From: Podarcis erhardii
Lineage: Eukaryota
Assembly: GCA_964252035.1 (NCBI GenBank)
Contig: OZ176204.1
Length of the DNA stretch: 64,000 nt
Direction: 5' to 3' (one strand)
Of this stretch, positions 27,651 through 38,555 are shown in pieces. Position numbers and translations under genes: made by a program. The notes beneath the pieces were generated by a model, which saw only the letters and a list, made by a program, of their open reading frames with translations, was not told the origin of the DNA and made no database searches. The number at the start of each line of letters is the position of its first letter. Position 1 is the first letter of the stretch.

Positions 27651-27876
27651 CAGTGGTACTTCGGGTTACATACGCTTCAGGTTACAGACTCCACTAACCC
27701 AGAAATAGTACCTCAGGTTAAGAACTTTGCTTCAGGATGAGAACAGAAATTGCGTGGCAGCGGCGCAGCCACAGCGGGAGGCCCCATTAGCTAAAGTGGT
27801 ACCTCAGGGTAAGAACAGTTTCAGGTTAAGAACGGACCTCCAGAACAAATTAAATTCTTAAGCCGAGGTACCACTG
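27651..27876. mobile_element. Tigger-like MITE, family A copy 3
   Basis: ta|cagtggtact ... ggtaccactg|ta; the longest of the three copies. Confidence 0.9.
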
Positions 27877-29739
27877 TAATTAAAAGAATGCACAGAGGGA
27901 AAGCAGGGCTGTGCAAGTTGGCCCCACCCCCTCAGTCTTCTGGCTCCACCTCCAGACTTTCACACATTGAGCAGAAGGTCTGAGGAGGGAACTGAACCAC
28001 ATTCAGCTGGACATATGCAGGTTGTCTCTTTAGACCAAGAATGGGATAGTGCTATGTAGAAGTGGGCTCCAGGTGAACCTTGGAAGATGTGAGCAAGATT
28101 TGAAGAAGGAGAGAGTTGACTTTATTAGATTCAGAGATGAGGAAGAGGCTTACAATTGATTTCCAGTGCTGGAAATATCTAAATAACCTGACTGACTAGA
28201 ATGTGCTCTGACACCCTATAATTAGGGGGGTCAGAGAATCCCAACAAAAATGGAAAAGGAAGCAGAAATTGCTGTGGTCTGGAACAGAAATCAGTCAAAT
28301 GACTATGACTGGTCTTCATTCATATCACTGCCTTTTCAGTCAACAACTGATACCTACTGAATTTTTTCCACATTATCTTAACATTTCATTTACACCGAAA
28401 TGAATGTAAAATACGTAAGTTATGTAAATGGTGGCACAAGTGATGTAACATGTTAAATAGTGGACAGCAAGCTAAATGTCATGGTATTTGGCAGAAACCA
28501 AACTGCAGCAGAGCAGAAGCAGCACTGATTGGAAAGAATACAGATCAGACTAGAAAATGCTGCCTCCTTACACCCCCAGCTCAATATTTTAACGGGGGGT
28601 GGGGTGGGGGGGAGATCAGCAGCATAATGTGCCCTTTTGAAAACAAAACAAGTTTCTTTTCTTCAACCTTTTCGTTTTTAACAAAAACCTGAAACATCTG
28701 AGTGGTACATTTATAGTTTCTTGGATGACAGCTCCAAATTTAAACATTCCTTTGTTCCGTGCCTGTACAGAATCTTCCTTCAGCCCATATATCACTACCC
28801 CATTTCAGGAATTTATGGCACACGAAGATAGACTGTAGGGATTGCACAAATTACCTGAAATGCTTCCTTATGAGAACAATGAAAGAAAACTGCTATAAGG
28901 CCAAATCTTAAAGCAGGCACAACGGAGCAGCTGAATAATTGTGCCAGCGTTATTTTAACAACAGTAGTTACCCTTTTTTATTCAACATTTGCCCTGAAAT
29001 GGACATTTCTGCATTGCTCAATAGCTGACTCAAATTCCTGACCCCACAGTTGGCCTATAGTCGAGAACCCCTGGAAATCTCCTCCCTCCACGGTTACTGA
29101 TAGTTAAAAAAAGAGCTTCTCCTGATGCCTGCAATTGCCATAAGTGGAGAATCGGCTAGGTTTAAAGATGGATTAAAATTCTACTCTCCACACACGCTGT
29201 AGTCCCAATCCAGATCATGCCAGGATGCTTCCTTTTGCGTATGAAAAAGCACATATATAGCTAGAGGCTATGAATTAAACTGAATGTGTTTGACACTGAA
29301 TGTGTTTGACACTGAAGGCTCATTCACACTTGCATTTGTCTCCCTGCTCTTTACCACAGCATCAAACCAAACGTCAAGTCGGGCTTTCCACACATTTACA
29401 TTTGCCACGATCCAGTGGTAAAGAGCAGGTTTTGCCAGGGAAAGTGGCAAGGCAAGTGGGAAACATCTTGGGCCAGTGGCTAGAAAGTACGGGACAAGCA
29501 GAAAACTCTTTGACTCGTGCTTTCTAGACAAGTGAAATGTGGATGAGCCCCAGGCCAATGGGATTGTGCCTGTTTCACTAGGATTGACACGCTGGCTCTT
29601 TCAAGTATCAGAACATGACTGCCCAAAGCAGGTCTCCTGAAGATATTTCTAAGAGACTGGGCTTCTCCATTGGGATTTTGGACTTTTTTTTCTAGCTGTG
29701 CAATTGTTTGAATCTAGGCATGCACTTTTTTCAAACCTA

Positions 29740-30143
29740 CCGTATTTTTCCATGTATAACAGACCCCATGTATAAGATGCACCCCTATTTTTGGGAACTC
29801 AAACTTAAGGAAATAGGGGAGATTGCCCAGAGTTGTTCAACGTTTTTTGTGAGGGATGGTTGAGCTTTTTTTAGGGGGGATATTGCCGAAAATTGCTCAC
29901 CCTTCTAACCTGCGCTACCGCACATGCGCCAAAAAACCACCTATCAGCTGTTCCCTCACCGCCATAAGCCGCTAATCACCCACTCCATTGATGCAGCAAC
30001 AGCAAATAGACACCAGCCCTTGTCGCAGCCACCAATAACACCACTGACAATCTCCAGCTAGCGGAACCAACCAATATGCACTGACCATTTTTTAACATTA
30101 TTTTTTGGGGGGGAAACATCGTCTAATACACGGAAAAGTACAG
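29740..30143. mobile_element. Tc2/pogo-like non-autonomous DNA element
   Basis: ta|ccgtatttttcc ... cggaaaagtacag|ta; CCGTA-type TIR and TA TSD. Confidence 0.7.
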
Positions 30144-30206
30144 TATCTTCTGATCCCTCAGATATGTGCTCCCATTTCCTCCTTCATAAAAGTCACAGCA
30201 GCCCTT

Positions 30207-30867
30207 AATAATAATAATAATAATAATAATAATAGTAATAATAATAATATTTATACCCCGCCCTCTCCAGCCGAGACCGGGCTCAGGGCAGCTAATAACC
30301 AATAATAAAAACAAGTTGATTAAAAAACAATTTAAAAGATTAAGATACAATATTAAAACAATTAGGGAGCAATATCATCATAGGAGGAGAAAGGAAAAAG
30401 AAAAAGGGGGAGGGAATCAAACTGATTCTGAGCCAAAGGCCAGGTGGAACAACTCTGTCTTACAAGCCCTGCGGAAAGAGATCAGATCCCGCAGGGCCCT
30501 GGTCTCAAGAGACAGAGAGTTCCACCAGGTCGGAGCCATTGTTGAGAAGGCCCTGGCTCTGGCTGAGGCTAATCTAACTTCCTTAGGGCCCGGGACCTCC
30601 AGGGTGTTGCTATATATGGACCTTAAGGTCCTCCGCGGGACATACCAGGAGAGGCAGTCCCGTAGGTACGAGGGTCCTAGGCCATGAAGGGCTTTAAAAG
30701 TCAAAAGCAGCACCTTAAATCTGACCCTGTACTCTACCGGGAGCCAGTGCAGTTTGAAAAGCACTGGGTGAATATGCTCCCATGGCAGAGACCCCGTGAG
30801 GAGCCTCGCTGCAGCATTCTGCACCCGCTGGAGTTTCTGGGACAGCTTCAAGGGCAGCCCAGCTTAG
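30207..30867 (-). mobile_element. L2 LINE 3' fragment, second subfamily
   Basis: The ORF 30417-30851 reads KLQRVQNAAARLLTG...LHWLPVEYRVRFKVLLLTFKALHGLGP, a typical L2 ORF2 C-terminus; (aat)n tail. Confidence 0.9.
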
Positions 30868-32233
30868 AGCCCCTTGCCTGACACATACACTGGAACTGGA
30901 ACAGGAATGTTTTTGAATGCAGAAATTTCTCGAGCAAACAAGGAGGCTGTAGCATTTTATTATCAAATTCACTGGACCATGTTTTCCTATTAGTTTCACT
31001 CAGTGTTGGCAAGCATCTTTCCAAGAAGTTAACATGGGATGTTCCTCATTTTCTGCTTTTCAGTTTAGTTGAGCATCTGAATATCTGGGAACCTCACCAC
31101 AGCCCAGCGGAGAGCAAGACAAAGACTTGGTCATTAACACAACAACAGCGGGAGGCATACATCAAAGACTTGCAAAATATGGCCACTCATTTCCATCCAC
31201 CTTGGCCCCCAAACAAAATGCTAAAGCAGTTCCAAATGTTTGAATCTGCTCTCTAGCGTGGAAAGCAAAACAACCACCAAGAAGAGTCTTCCTCTTGCTA
31301 CAGTCTAAACACTGCCCATTTCTGACTAGACTGTGCACTGTGTTGCCTTTGCAGGCTTATCAGATCCAAATGGCACATGATAGTGGCAATTATGCAAAAA
31401 CCATCTCAAGAAAATCTTCACTGTTATGCATCTTGGATTTATGAGCTCCCAATTGTAGATCAAGTGAGGTCATAAATCCCACATGTTTATAAATAAAGTA
31501 ATGGTACCCTTTAGTGAGCTATGTTTTTGAATTTACAAGCTTCAGTTTCTCCCTTAGGTCCCATTGCAATTTCTGTCCAGGAGTGTAATCCTGATTACAG
31601 ATGGGCATCACGCTTCTATAAACTTGATGCTGGCAGAAGTATTCTCTTGGCAGACCTCGGCGCCTTGTTCTGATCCAACCATAAAGCTTTATGAAGAACA
31701 TTGTGTTAAAATGGAATGGTGTGATGACAACTTGCATTCTCAGGGGGTGGGGAATGGATGTAGAAGAGTAATATAAAAAATATAGGAAAATACTACATGT
31801 CTTCCCCTAAAAGAATCCTGAACACCATTCCACTAAGAGAACAAGAAATGTGTTAGAGATGTCCAGGCTTCTTAGGGACACCTGATGAGCATGAATGATT
31901 ATTATAGCTTTTTAAATTTTGGAATAACTGTGCTTTTAGATTGTGAAGCCCTTTGGGGGATAAAGCTGACAAGATTGTTGCCATCTGCCCTGAGCACATG
32001 AGACAGGGCCTATTAATACATAATGAAATGTTTAGTGGAATGCTAAAACCCAAAGTAAATATTCTACCATTGTTGCTAAACAAAACCTAATATTGCACCG
32101 AGAAATAAGAATTATTATTTTCTATAGCTTAGAAAAAATGCTGAGATGGGTAAAGCCATAGGAATAAAAATATTTTGAAGGCTGGTTATGTGACCTTTCT
32201 TTGCCACATTACACAACTATCCAAGATAATGTA

Positions 32234-33606
32234 CCGTATTTTTCGCTCTATAACACGCACCTGACCATAACACGCACATAGTTTTTAGAGGAGGAAAACA
32301 GGAAAAAAAATATTCTGAATCAAATGTTGTACTAAACTATTTAATAAACAACCGGTATATCAGAATCATATTACAACCATGTAAAGTGAACAGCAGTCAA
32401 CAGTGGCATTAAGAACCATCATCACTGTCATTAACAAATGAAGAGAGAATTTTAGGTTCGAGTACTCTTCTAGTCTTCTGTGAACCCCAAGAACTCATCA
32501 GTGCTAGAGTCAGAATCTATGAAGTTCAGCTGCTCACAATCACTGGCATCACTTTCTTCGCCATCTTCATATAAAATCTCATCTTCTTTTGCATCCAAAC
32601 CATTGCTAATGCCACATTTTTTGAATGACTGTGCAACGATTTCCTCCTTCACCAAGTGCCATTATGTTTTCACCCCATTAAATATTTGAGGGAGTCATCC
32701 CCCACCCCCCATTGTGGTATGTGAGGTGGGGCTTACCTGGCTGCCCCCCAATATTGTTTTAAGTTGGAAGAGGAAGGGAGGGAGGGAAGGAAGAGAGAGG
32801 GGGAACTCACATTTGTGCAGCTGCCTTGCCTCGAACGGGAGCAAAAAGAGGAGGAGGAGACACAGGGACACGAGCCTTGTAAGCCGCTTTGTTTGAATTT
32901 ACCGGTGAGGTGCTGGGGGATGGACGGAAGGGGATGCCCTCTTTGTCCCTCCTTCCAGCTCATTGTAAAGAAAGCAGAGCCGCTTACATGTGTGTAAGGG
33001 AGAACCATAGAGCAGGCAGACACTGAGAATCTGAATGCGCTCAGCTGTTGCCGGCTTCCCTCCCAGCGACGGAGGAGGAGAGGAGAGGCTGCCGAAAAGC
33101 CATAGAGTAGACAAGCCAGCAAGCAGGCAGACAGGCTGTGCTCAGCTGTGCCGGCTTCCCTCCCAGCGACGGAGGAGGAGAGGAGAGGCTGCCGAAAAGC
33201 CATAGAGTAGACAAGCCAGCAAGCAGGCAGACAGGCTGTGCTCAGCTGTGCCGGCTTCCCTCCCAGCGACGGAGGAGGAGAGGAGAGGCTGCCGAAAAGC
33301 CATAGAGTAGACAAGCCAGCAAGCAGGCAGACAGGCTGTGCTCAGCTGTGCCGGCTTCCCTCCCAGCGACGGAGGAGGAGAGGAGAGGCTGCCGAAAAGC
33401 CATAGAGTAGACAAGCCAGCAAGCAGGCAGACAGGCTGTGCTCAGCTGTGCCGGCTTCCCTCCCAGCGACGGAGGAGGAGAGGAGAGGCTGCCGAAAAGG
33501 CAGCAAGAGCGGCTCCTCCCGCCTGCATTCGCTCCATAACACGCACACACATTTCCCTTTATCTTTTAGGGAGGGAAAACTGCGTGTTATGGTCCGAAAA
33601 GTACGG
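32234..33606 (-). mobile_element. Tc2/pogo-like DNA transposon derivative with transposase C-terminal remnant
   Basis: TIR ccgtatttttcgctctataacacgca / tgcgtgttatggtccgaaaagtacgg, TA at 32232-32233 and 33607-33608. The minus-strand ORF 32470-32655 reads IVAQSFKKCGISNGLDAKEDEILY...DEFLGF, the pogo-type transposase C-terminus. Confidence 0.85.
33040..33499. repeat. 100-bp tandem repeat, about 4.6 copies
   Basis: The unit ctcagctgtgccggcttccctcccagcgacggaggaggag...gcagacaggctgtg recurs at 33141, 33241, 33341 and 33441 (partial). The copy at 33040 has one extra T. Confidence 0.97.
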
Positions 33607-33750
33607 TATATATAAATCAGAGATGACCCAAAATTTCTCAGAAGATTTTTTTTCTGATTTTTTTTTGAGATTTTTCCTTTTTCTCACCTCCCCAAAAGAA
33701 GGTCATTATGCCTAATTTTTTTCTAATATTTTCTATCTTTTTTTGCAGCA

Positions 33751-33881
33751 NNNNNNNNNNNNNNNNNNNNNNNNNNNNNNNNNNNNNNNNNNNNNNNNNN
33801 NNNNNNNNNNNNNNNNNNNNNNNNNNNNNNNNNNNNNNNNNNNNNNNNNNNNNNNNNNNNNNNNNNNNNNNNNNNNNNNNN
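33751..33881. other. Assembly gap (131 N)
   Basis: Run of N. Confidence 1.
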
Positions 33882-35072
33882 ACACTAGGCCTGGGGTACT
33901 GGAGGATGCAAAACTGTGGTCAGGGTGCAGGCATCAGTGCACCAGCAAAAGCCCTCAAACAAAACACCACCTTGGGGAGGGGAGGGGAAGAAAGAAGCTG
34001 TCTACTACCATTGCTGCTGGTGAGTCTCATCCTTCATAAACTGCTGGAGAAGTTCTCCTCCCCATGGAGAAATCTGCTGTCCTCACAGAAGCGTGAAGGA
34101 CCTTGAGGGACAACTTGTGCACCACTCTAATATAAATAGATGAAGCAAACTTGAAAGTGCAAACAGAAAGGATACAAGGCCTGTTTTGGAAAATTTAGCA
34201 AAAGTGTCTTAAGTGTGAAATAAACAAGCTCATATCTCCTCAGAGGCATGACGTATTCAAGGAACTCGTTTTTCAAACATTTTGTTTGAGTTTCTTCAAA
34301 AAGCACCTTGACTTGGGTATGTGGTGTGGGTAGTAGGCTTCCTTTCAGATATTTTGCCATTTTTTGTCATCTTAAAACATTTCCAAAACAATATGCTTCT
34401 GTACATCTGGAGCCTAATGTGCAAATTAAAGAACACAAATACTAGTGTAAGAGTCAAAGGGACTACAACAGCACAGTCAATGAAGTCAATAAAGCTACAT
34501 CACTGAGCCTTTTTCTTAGTTCCATTTAGGTAATTCACCTCAATTATTTCAGTGGGAGTGGATGATTCATCATTTTATAGAAGGTCACTCAGGGCAGACT
34601 AGCTTCTCACATTACCTTTGGGGGGGCACAATTCATGATATCCATTATACTCATGGTGATATGCTGGATTGGCTCATCGAAAGCACTGGGGTGGAAGGGG
34701 GGGGGAGACTATCGTGTTAAATGGCCGTGTGTGTGTGTGTGTGTTTATTCAACAGCAGCAGCAGCAGCAACAACAACAGTAGTCTTATGTTTATCAGACC
34801 TACATGTATAAAAAGTCCCAAGCAAGTGAAAACAAAGCATGAATATTGCAAGCTATCTGACAGATCCCCAGTGCTCATGAGCAGGAACACAGCCAAAGGC
34901 AATACCAAGAGAACGAGCATACGAAATGTCAGTAATTAATAACAGCAGAAGGACCTGGGAAGGAATGCAAAGCACGGCTGAAAAACTATCAGTTGCGAAT
35001 TTTTCTCTGCAAGCCCCATCAGAATGAGTGGGAGTTGTAGAAGACGCAGTTGAGTTTGTGCGGCACTCCTAC

Positions 35073-35316
35073 CCAGGCAGAGGGCTTTCTCAGTAGTCGT
35101 ACCCACCCTGTGGAATGCCCTCCCATCAGATGTGAAGGAAATAAACAACTATCTGACTTTTTGGAGACATCTGAAGGCAGCCCTGTTTAGGGAAGTTTTT
35201 AAAGTTTGATGATTTACCATGTTTTTAATATTTTGTTGGGGGCCACCCAGAGTGGCTGAGGAAACCTAGCCAGATGGGCGGGGTATAAATAATAGATGAT
35301 GATGATGATGATGATG
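35073..35316 (+). mobile_element. L2 LINE 3' fragment with (gat)n tail
   Basis: ccaggcagagggc...tggaatgccctcccatcagatg matches 50235-50450; (gat)n at 35295-35316. Confidence 0.88.
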
Positions 35317-36010
35317 AGAGCAGTACATGTGAAAAGGATCTAGGAGTCTTGGTTGACCACAAACTTGACATGAGCCAACAGTGTGACGCGGCAGCTAAAA
35401 AAGCCAATGCAATTCTGGGCTGCATCAATAGGAGTATAGCATCTAGATCAAGGGAAGTAATAGTGCCACTGTATTCTGCTCTGGTCAGACCTCACCTGGA
35501 GTACTGTGTCCAGTTCTGGGCACCACAGTTCAAGAAGGACACTGACAAACTGGAACGTGTCCAGAGGAGGGCGACCAAAATGGTCAAAGGCCTGGAAACG
35601 ATGCCTTATGAGGAACGGCTAAGGGAGCTGGGCATGTTTAGCCTGGAGAAGAGGAGGTTAAGGGGTGATATGATAGCCATGTTCAAATATATAAAAGGAT
35701 GTCACATAGAGGAGGGAGAAAGGTTGTTTTCTGCTGCTCCAGAGAAGCAGACACGGAGCAATGGTTCCAAACTACAAAAAAGAAGATTCCACCTAAACAT
35801 TAGGAAGAACTTCCTGACAGTAAGAGCTATTCGACAGTGGAATTTGCTGCCAAGGAGTGTGGTGGAGTCTCCTTCTTTGGAGGTCTTTAAGCAGAGGCTT
35901 GACAACCATATGTCAGGAGTGCTCTGATGGTGTTTCCTGCTTGGCAGGGAGTTGGACTCGATGGCCCTTGTGGTCTCTTCCAACTCTATGATTCTATGAT
36001 TCTGTTCTAT
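35317..36010 (+). mobile_element. CR1 LINE, 5'-truncated, with an open ORF2 C-terminus
   Basis: The ORF 35349-35927 reads [64 protein letters not shown], the classic CR1 C-terminus; (attctatg)n tail at about 35985-36010. Confidence 0.95.
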
Positions 36011-36039
36011 GATGATGCTTCCCATGTCAATAAGGTCTT

Positions 36040-36305
36040 ATCCACGCTTAACTTTCCTCCCCGCTTTTGAAGCAGTCTACTCCAAGCGAGTCCATTCCAC
36101 TGTCAAACAGCTCCTACTGTAAGAAAGTTTTTCGTAGTGTTTAATGGGAAACTCCTTTCTTTTAACTTGAAGCCATTGGTTTGGTCCTACCCTTCGAAGC
36201 AGGATAAAACAAGCTTGCTCCATCTTCCATATGATATTTGATATGATATATTATATTTGACAGCTTTCATGCATCCCTTGTTAGCTGTTTACGCCTTCTT
36301 TTCCC
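36040..36305 (-). mobile_element. Diverged CR1 3' fragment, inverted relative to 35317-36010
   Basis: The reverse complement of 36085-36235 aligns by eye to about 35700-35850 (agcaagcttgttttatcctgc...caatggcttcaagtt...acagtggaat). Confidence 0.7.
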
Positions 36306-37712
36306 TCCCTCCACAGTAAGGAGTTCCTCACACTTTCAAAATAACAGGTACGGAGGTTTATAAATAAATCCCGAAACTGAGTTTTAAAAGAAGCTAAAGA
36401 GAATAAAGGCAGCTTTGGAAATCCTGCATGGGCAATAAATTCCCCAACGTCGTAAATGAATCCAAGGTCCCAGAAGACATAATCCTAAGAAACAATGGAT
36501 TTCTCACGTCCAAATGAGTAAGCAGACTGTTCAAATTTTAGAAGCGGCAAGGGACATACGCAACAGTATTTCTATATAGATCGTATATCTTCAGGTCTTT
36601 GGGGGCCTCTATTCTACTAAAGACCCTTATCGTACTAAGGCAGGAGTGTTTCAGGTAGTCTAGTACGTGAAATATCATACTGCCTGAATGAAGTATTCAT
36701 AGAATTGTTTTTCTTAAAAAAAAAAAATTACACTTTAGGGCCAAACTAGAGGGTACATGGGAGGTGCATGAATCAGTCTCCAGGTGTGTGTGTGTGTGTG
36801 TTTAAAATAAAAAGCAGCTGTGGAGGTTGCAGTCAGAAAGATTAGGAGGCAGGATACTTCACCCTCTCAGCCATTTGCCTGCCCCAAATTCCCCCCTTCC
36901 ACGTGCTCCAGCTACTTGGTGGTGAAAATGGCGAGACCCCTATAGCTTTTCCCATCTGGGGAAGTAGTTCAGGGGAGGCAATTCTGAACCTGCCCACCTG
37001 TCTTTCTCCACTTCTGACTGCTGCCTCAGAATCTGCTTTTTCATTTTTTTAAAAAAAAAACAAACCTGAGGAACAATTCACATATCTCCCATGTACTGTC
37101 TAGTTTCACCCTTAATCCAACACTCAAAATGTTATTCTAAAAAGGTGAAAAGGTGGGGAATGCAGTGGTGGGCTGGATGAGAGCTAATAAACTCAGAGCT
37201 GTTAGGAGACCTGTCACAGAGCTACATTTCCCAAACCCTTAACAAACTATAATTTCCAGGATTTCTTGAAAGAAGCCATGACTCTTAAAGTGGTATGAGA
37301 GTGATTTAAATGTGCAATGTGAATAGGACCACTTGATTAAAACTTTATTAAAACTGTGCTACCTGTCTCCTAAATTTTTCAGGATGAACTGGTATGCTGG
37401 ATTTTGAAGCTCCCTAGTTATCCCATTAGTAGCATAATATTCAAGCCCTAAGGAAGACGCAAATGTGACAAGAGAAAGCAAGACCTGATGGATACAGGCA
37501 TTCATCAGAAATGGATCCTGCAAGGCCAACAGAAAAGAATGACTAAAAATAAAAAAAGCTCTTGGGAAAATGAACATCTATACTTTGTCAAATCTGGAAA
37601 AGATATTTGTCATAAGAATCTCTTCAAAAATATACTCCATTTCCTCTGCTGCCATAACAGGTCATCATGTTGCAGCTGTAGAAGTTCACAAGTACCAATC
37701 TGTACACGATGT

Positions 37713-37840
37713 NNNNNNNNNNNNNNNNNNNNNNNNNNNNNNNNNNNNNNNNNNNNNNNNNNNNNNNNNNNNNNNNNNNNNNNNNNNNNNNNNNNNNNNN
37801 NNNNNNNNNNNNNNNNNNNNNNNNNNNNNNNNNNNNNNNN
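37713..37840. other. Assembly gap (128 N)
   Basis: Run of N. Confidence 1.
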
Positions 37841-38555
37841 TTGTACCAAACAAACACATATAAATATATCAACCACATGTCCAAAACCCACAGGAAAAGT
37901 TCTAAAGCCATTTTGACTCTTTCAGTCACCTCAAATATTTCTCTACAAGGTCGAAGGAAATGCAAAAACCTCCCCATTGTCCCCGTCCTCACAAAGCCTG
38001 CCTTAAGGTCACATTTAAGGTGTGAATAGGGTGAGCCTGTGACCTGGCTCAGGAATTAAGTATTATCATTACAAAAGATTGGCCAGGCTCCGCAGGTAAT
38101 CCAGTCAAGTGACCATTAACAGGTAACCTGGCAGACAGGGTAAAAACAACACACTCAGATTTCTGTTGTAGATGACCTTTTCTGTGATGTAGGTGTGATG
38201 TATCTGGGGGGGGGGGTGTCTTGGGCTACACCCCTTCTGTGATGTATGTATGATGTTTTTGGGGGTGGTCTTGGACTCCAGGGAGGGGAAATTTATAATG
38301 TCTATATATATAATGTCTATATAAGGGCCTGTACACATGGCTCTGGATCCTCCTCCTCTCTCCTGCGTGTGGGGGAGCACCCTGCTGCAACAGTTAATAA
38401 AGATCAGGCTTAGTAGCTGCTTTGCTTCTCAATATTCTCTGGTTGGTCTCTGTTATTTTCTCCTACTGATAGAGAAGCTACAAAAGGACTCTATATGGGC
38501 TCTTGGGTTACCCCATAAGGGGAAAGGAGCAAGTTAGTTTTTTTTACTTATATCA
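37841..38555 (+). mobile_element. ERV-like solo LTR
   Basis: TATATAA at 38318-38324, AATAAA at 38396-38401, end ...tatatca at 38555. TGTACC follows the gap, so the 5' TSD cannot be checked. Confidence 0.6.

Noticed and set aside
33040-33499. CRISPR-like array
   Set aside because: The units are contiguous with no unique spacers, sit inside a eukaryotic transposon, and have no cas genes nearby.
32733-33715. Several overlapping ORFs of 68-193 aa with repeated peptides
   Set aside because: They arise from the stop-poor GC-rich 100-bp tandem repeat.
33708-38029. ORFs containing runs of X
   Set aside because: They are open only because they cross N gaps.
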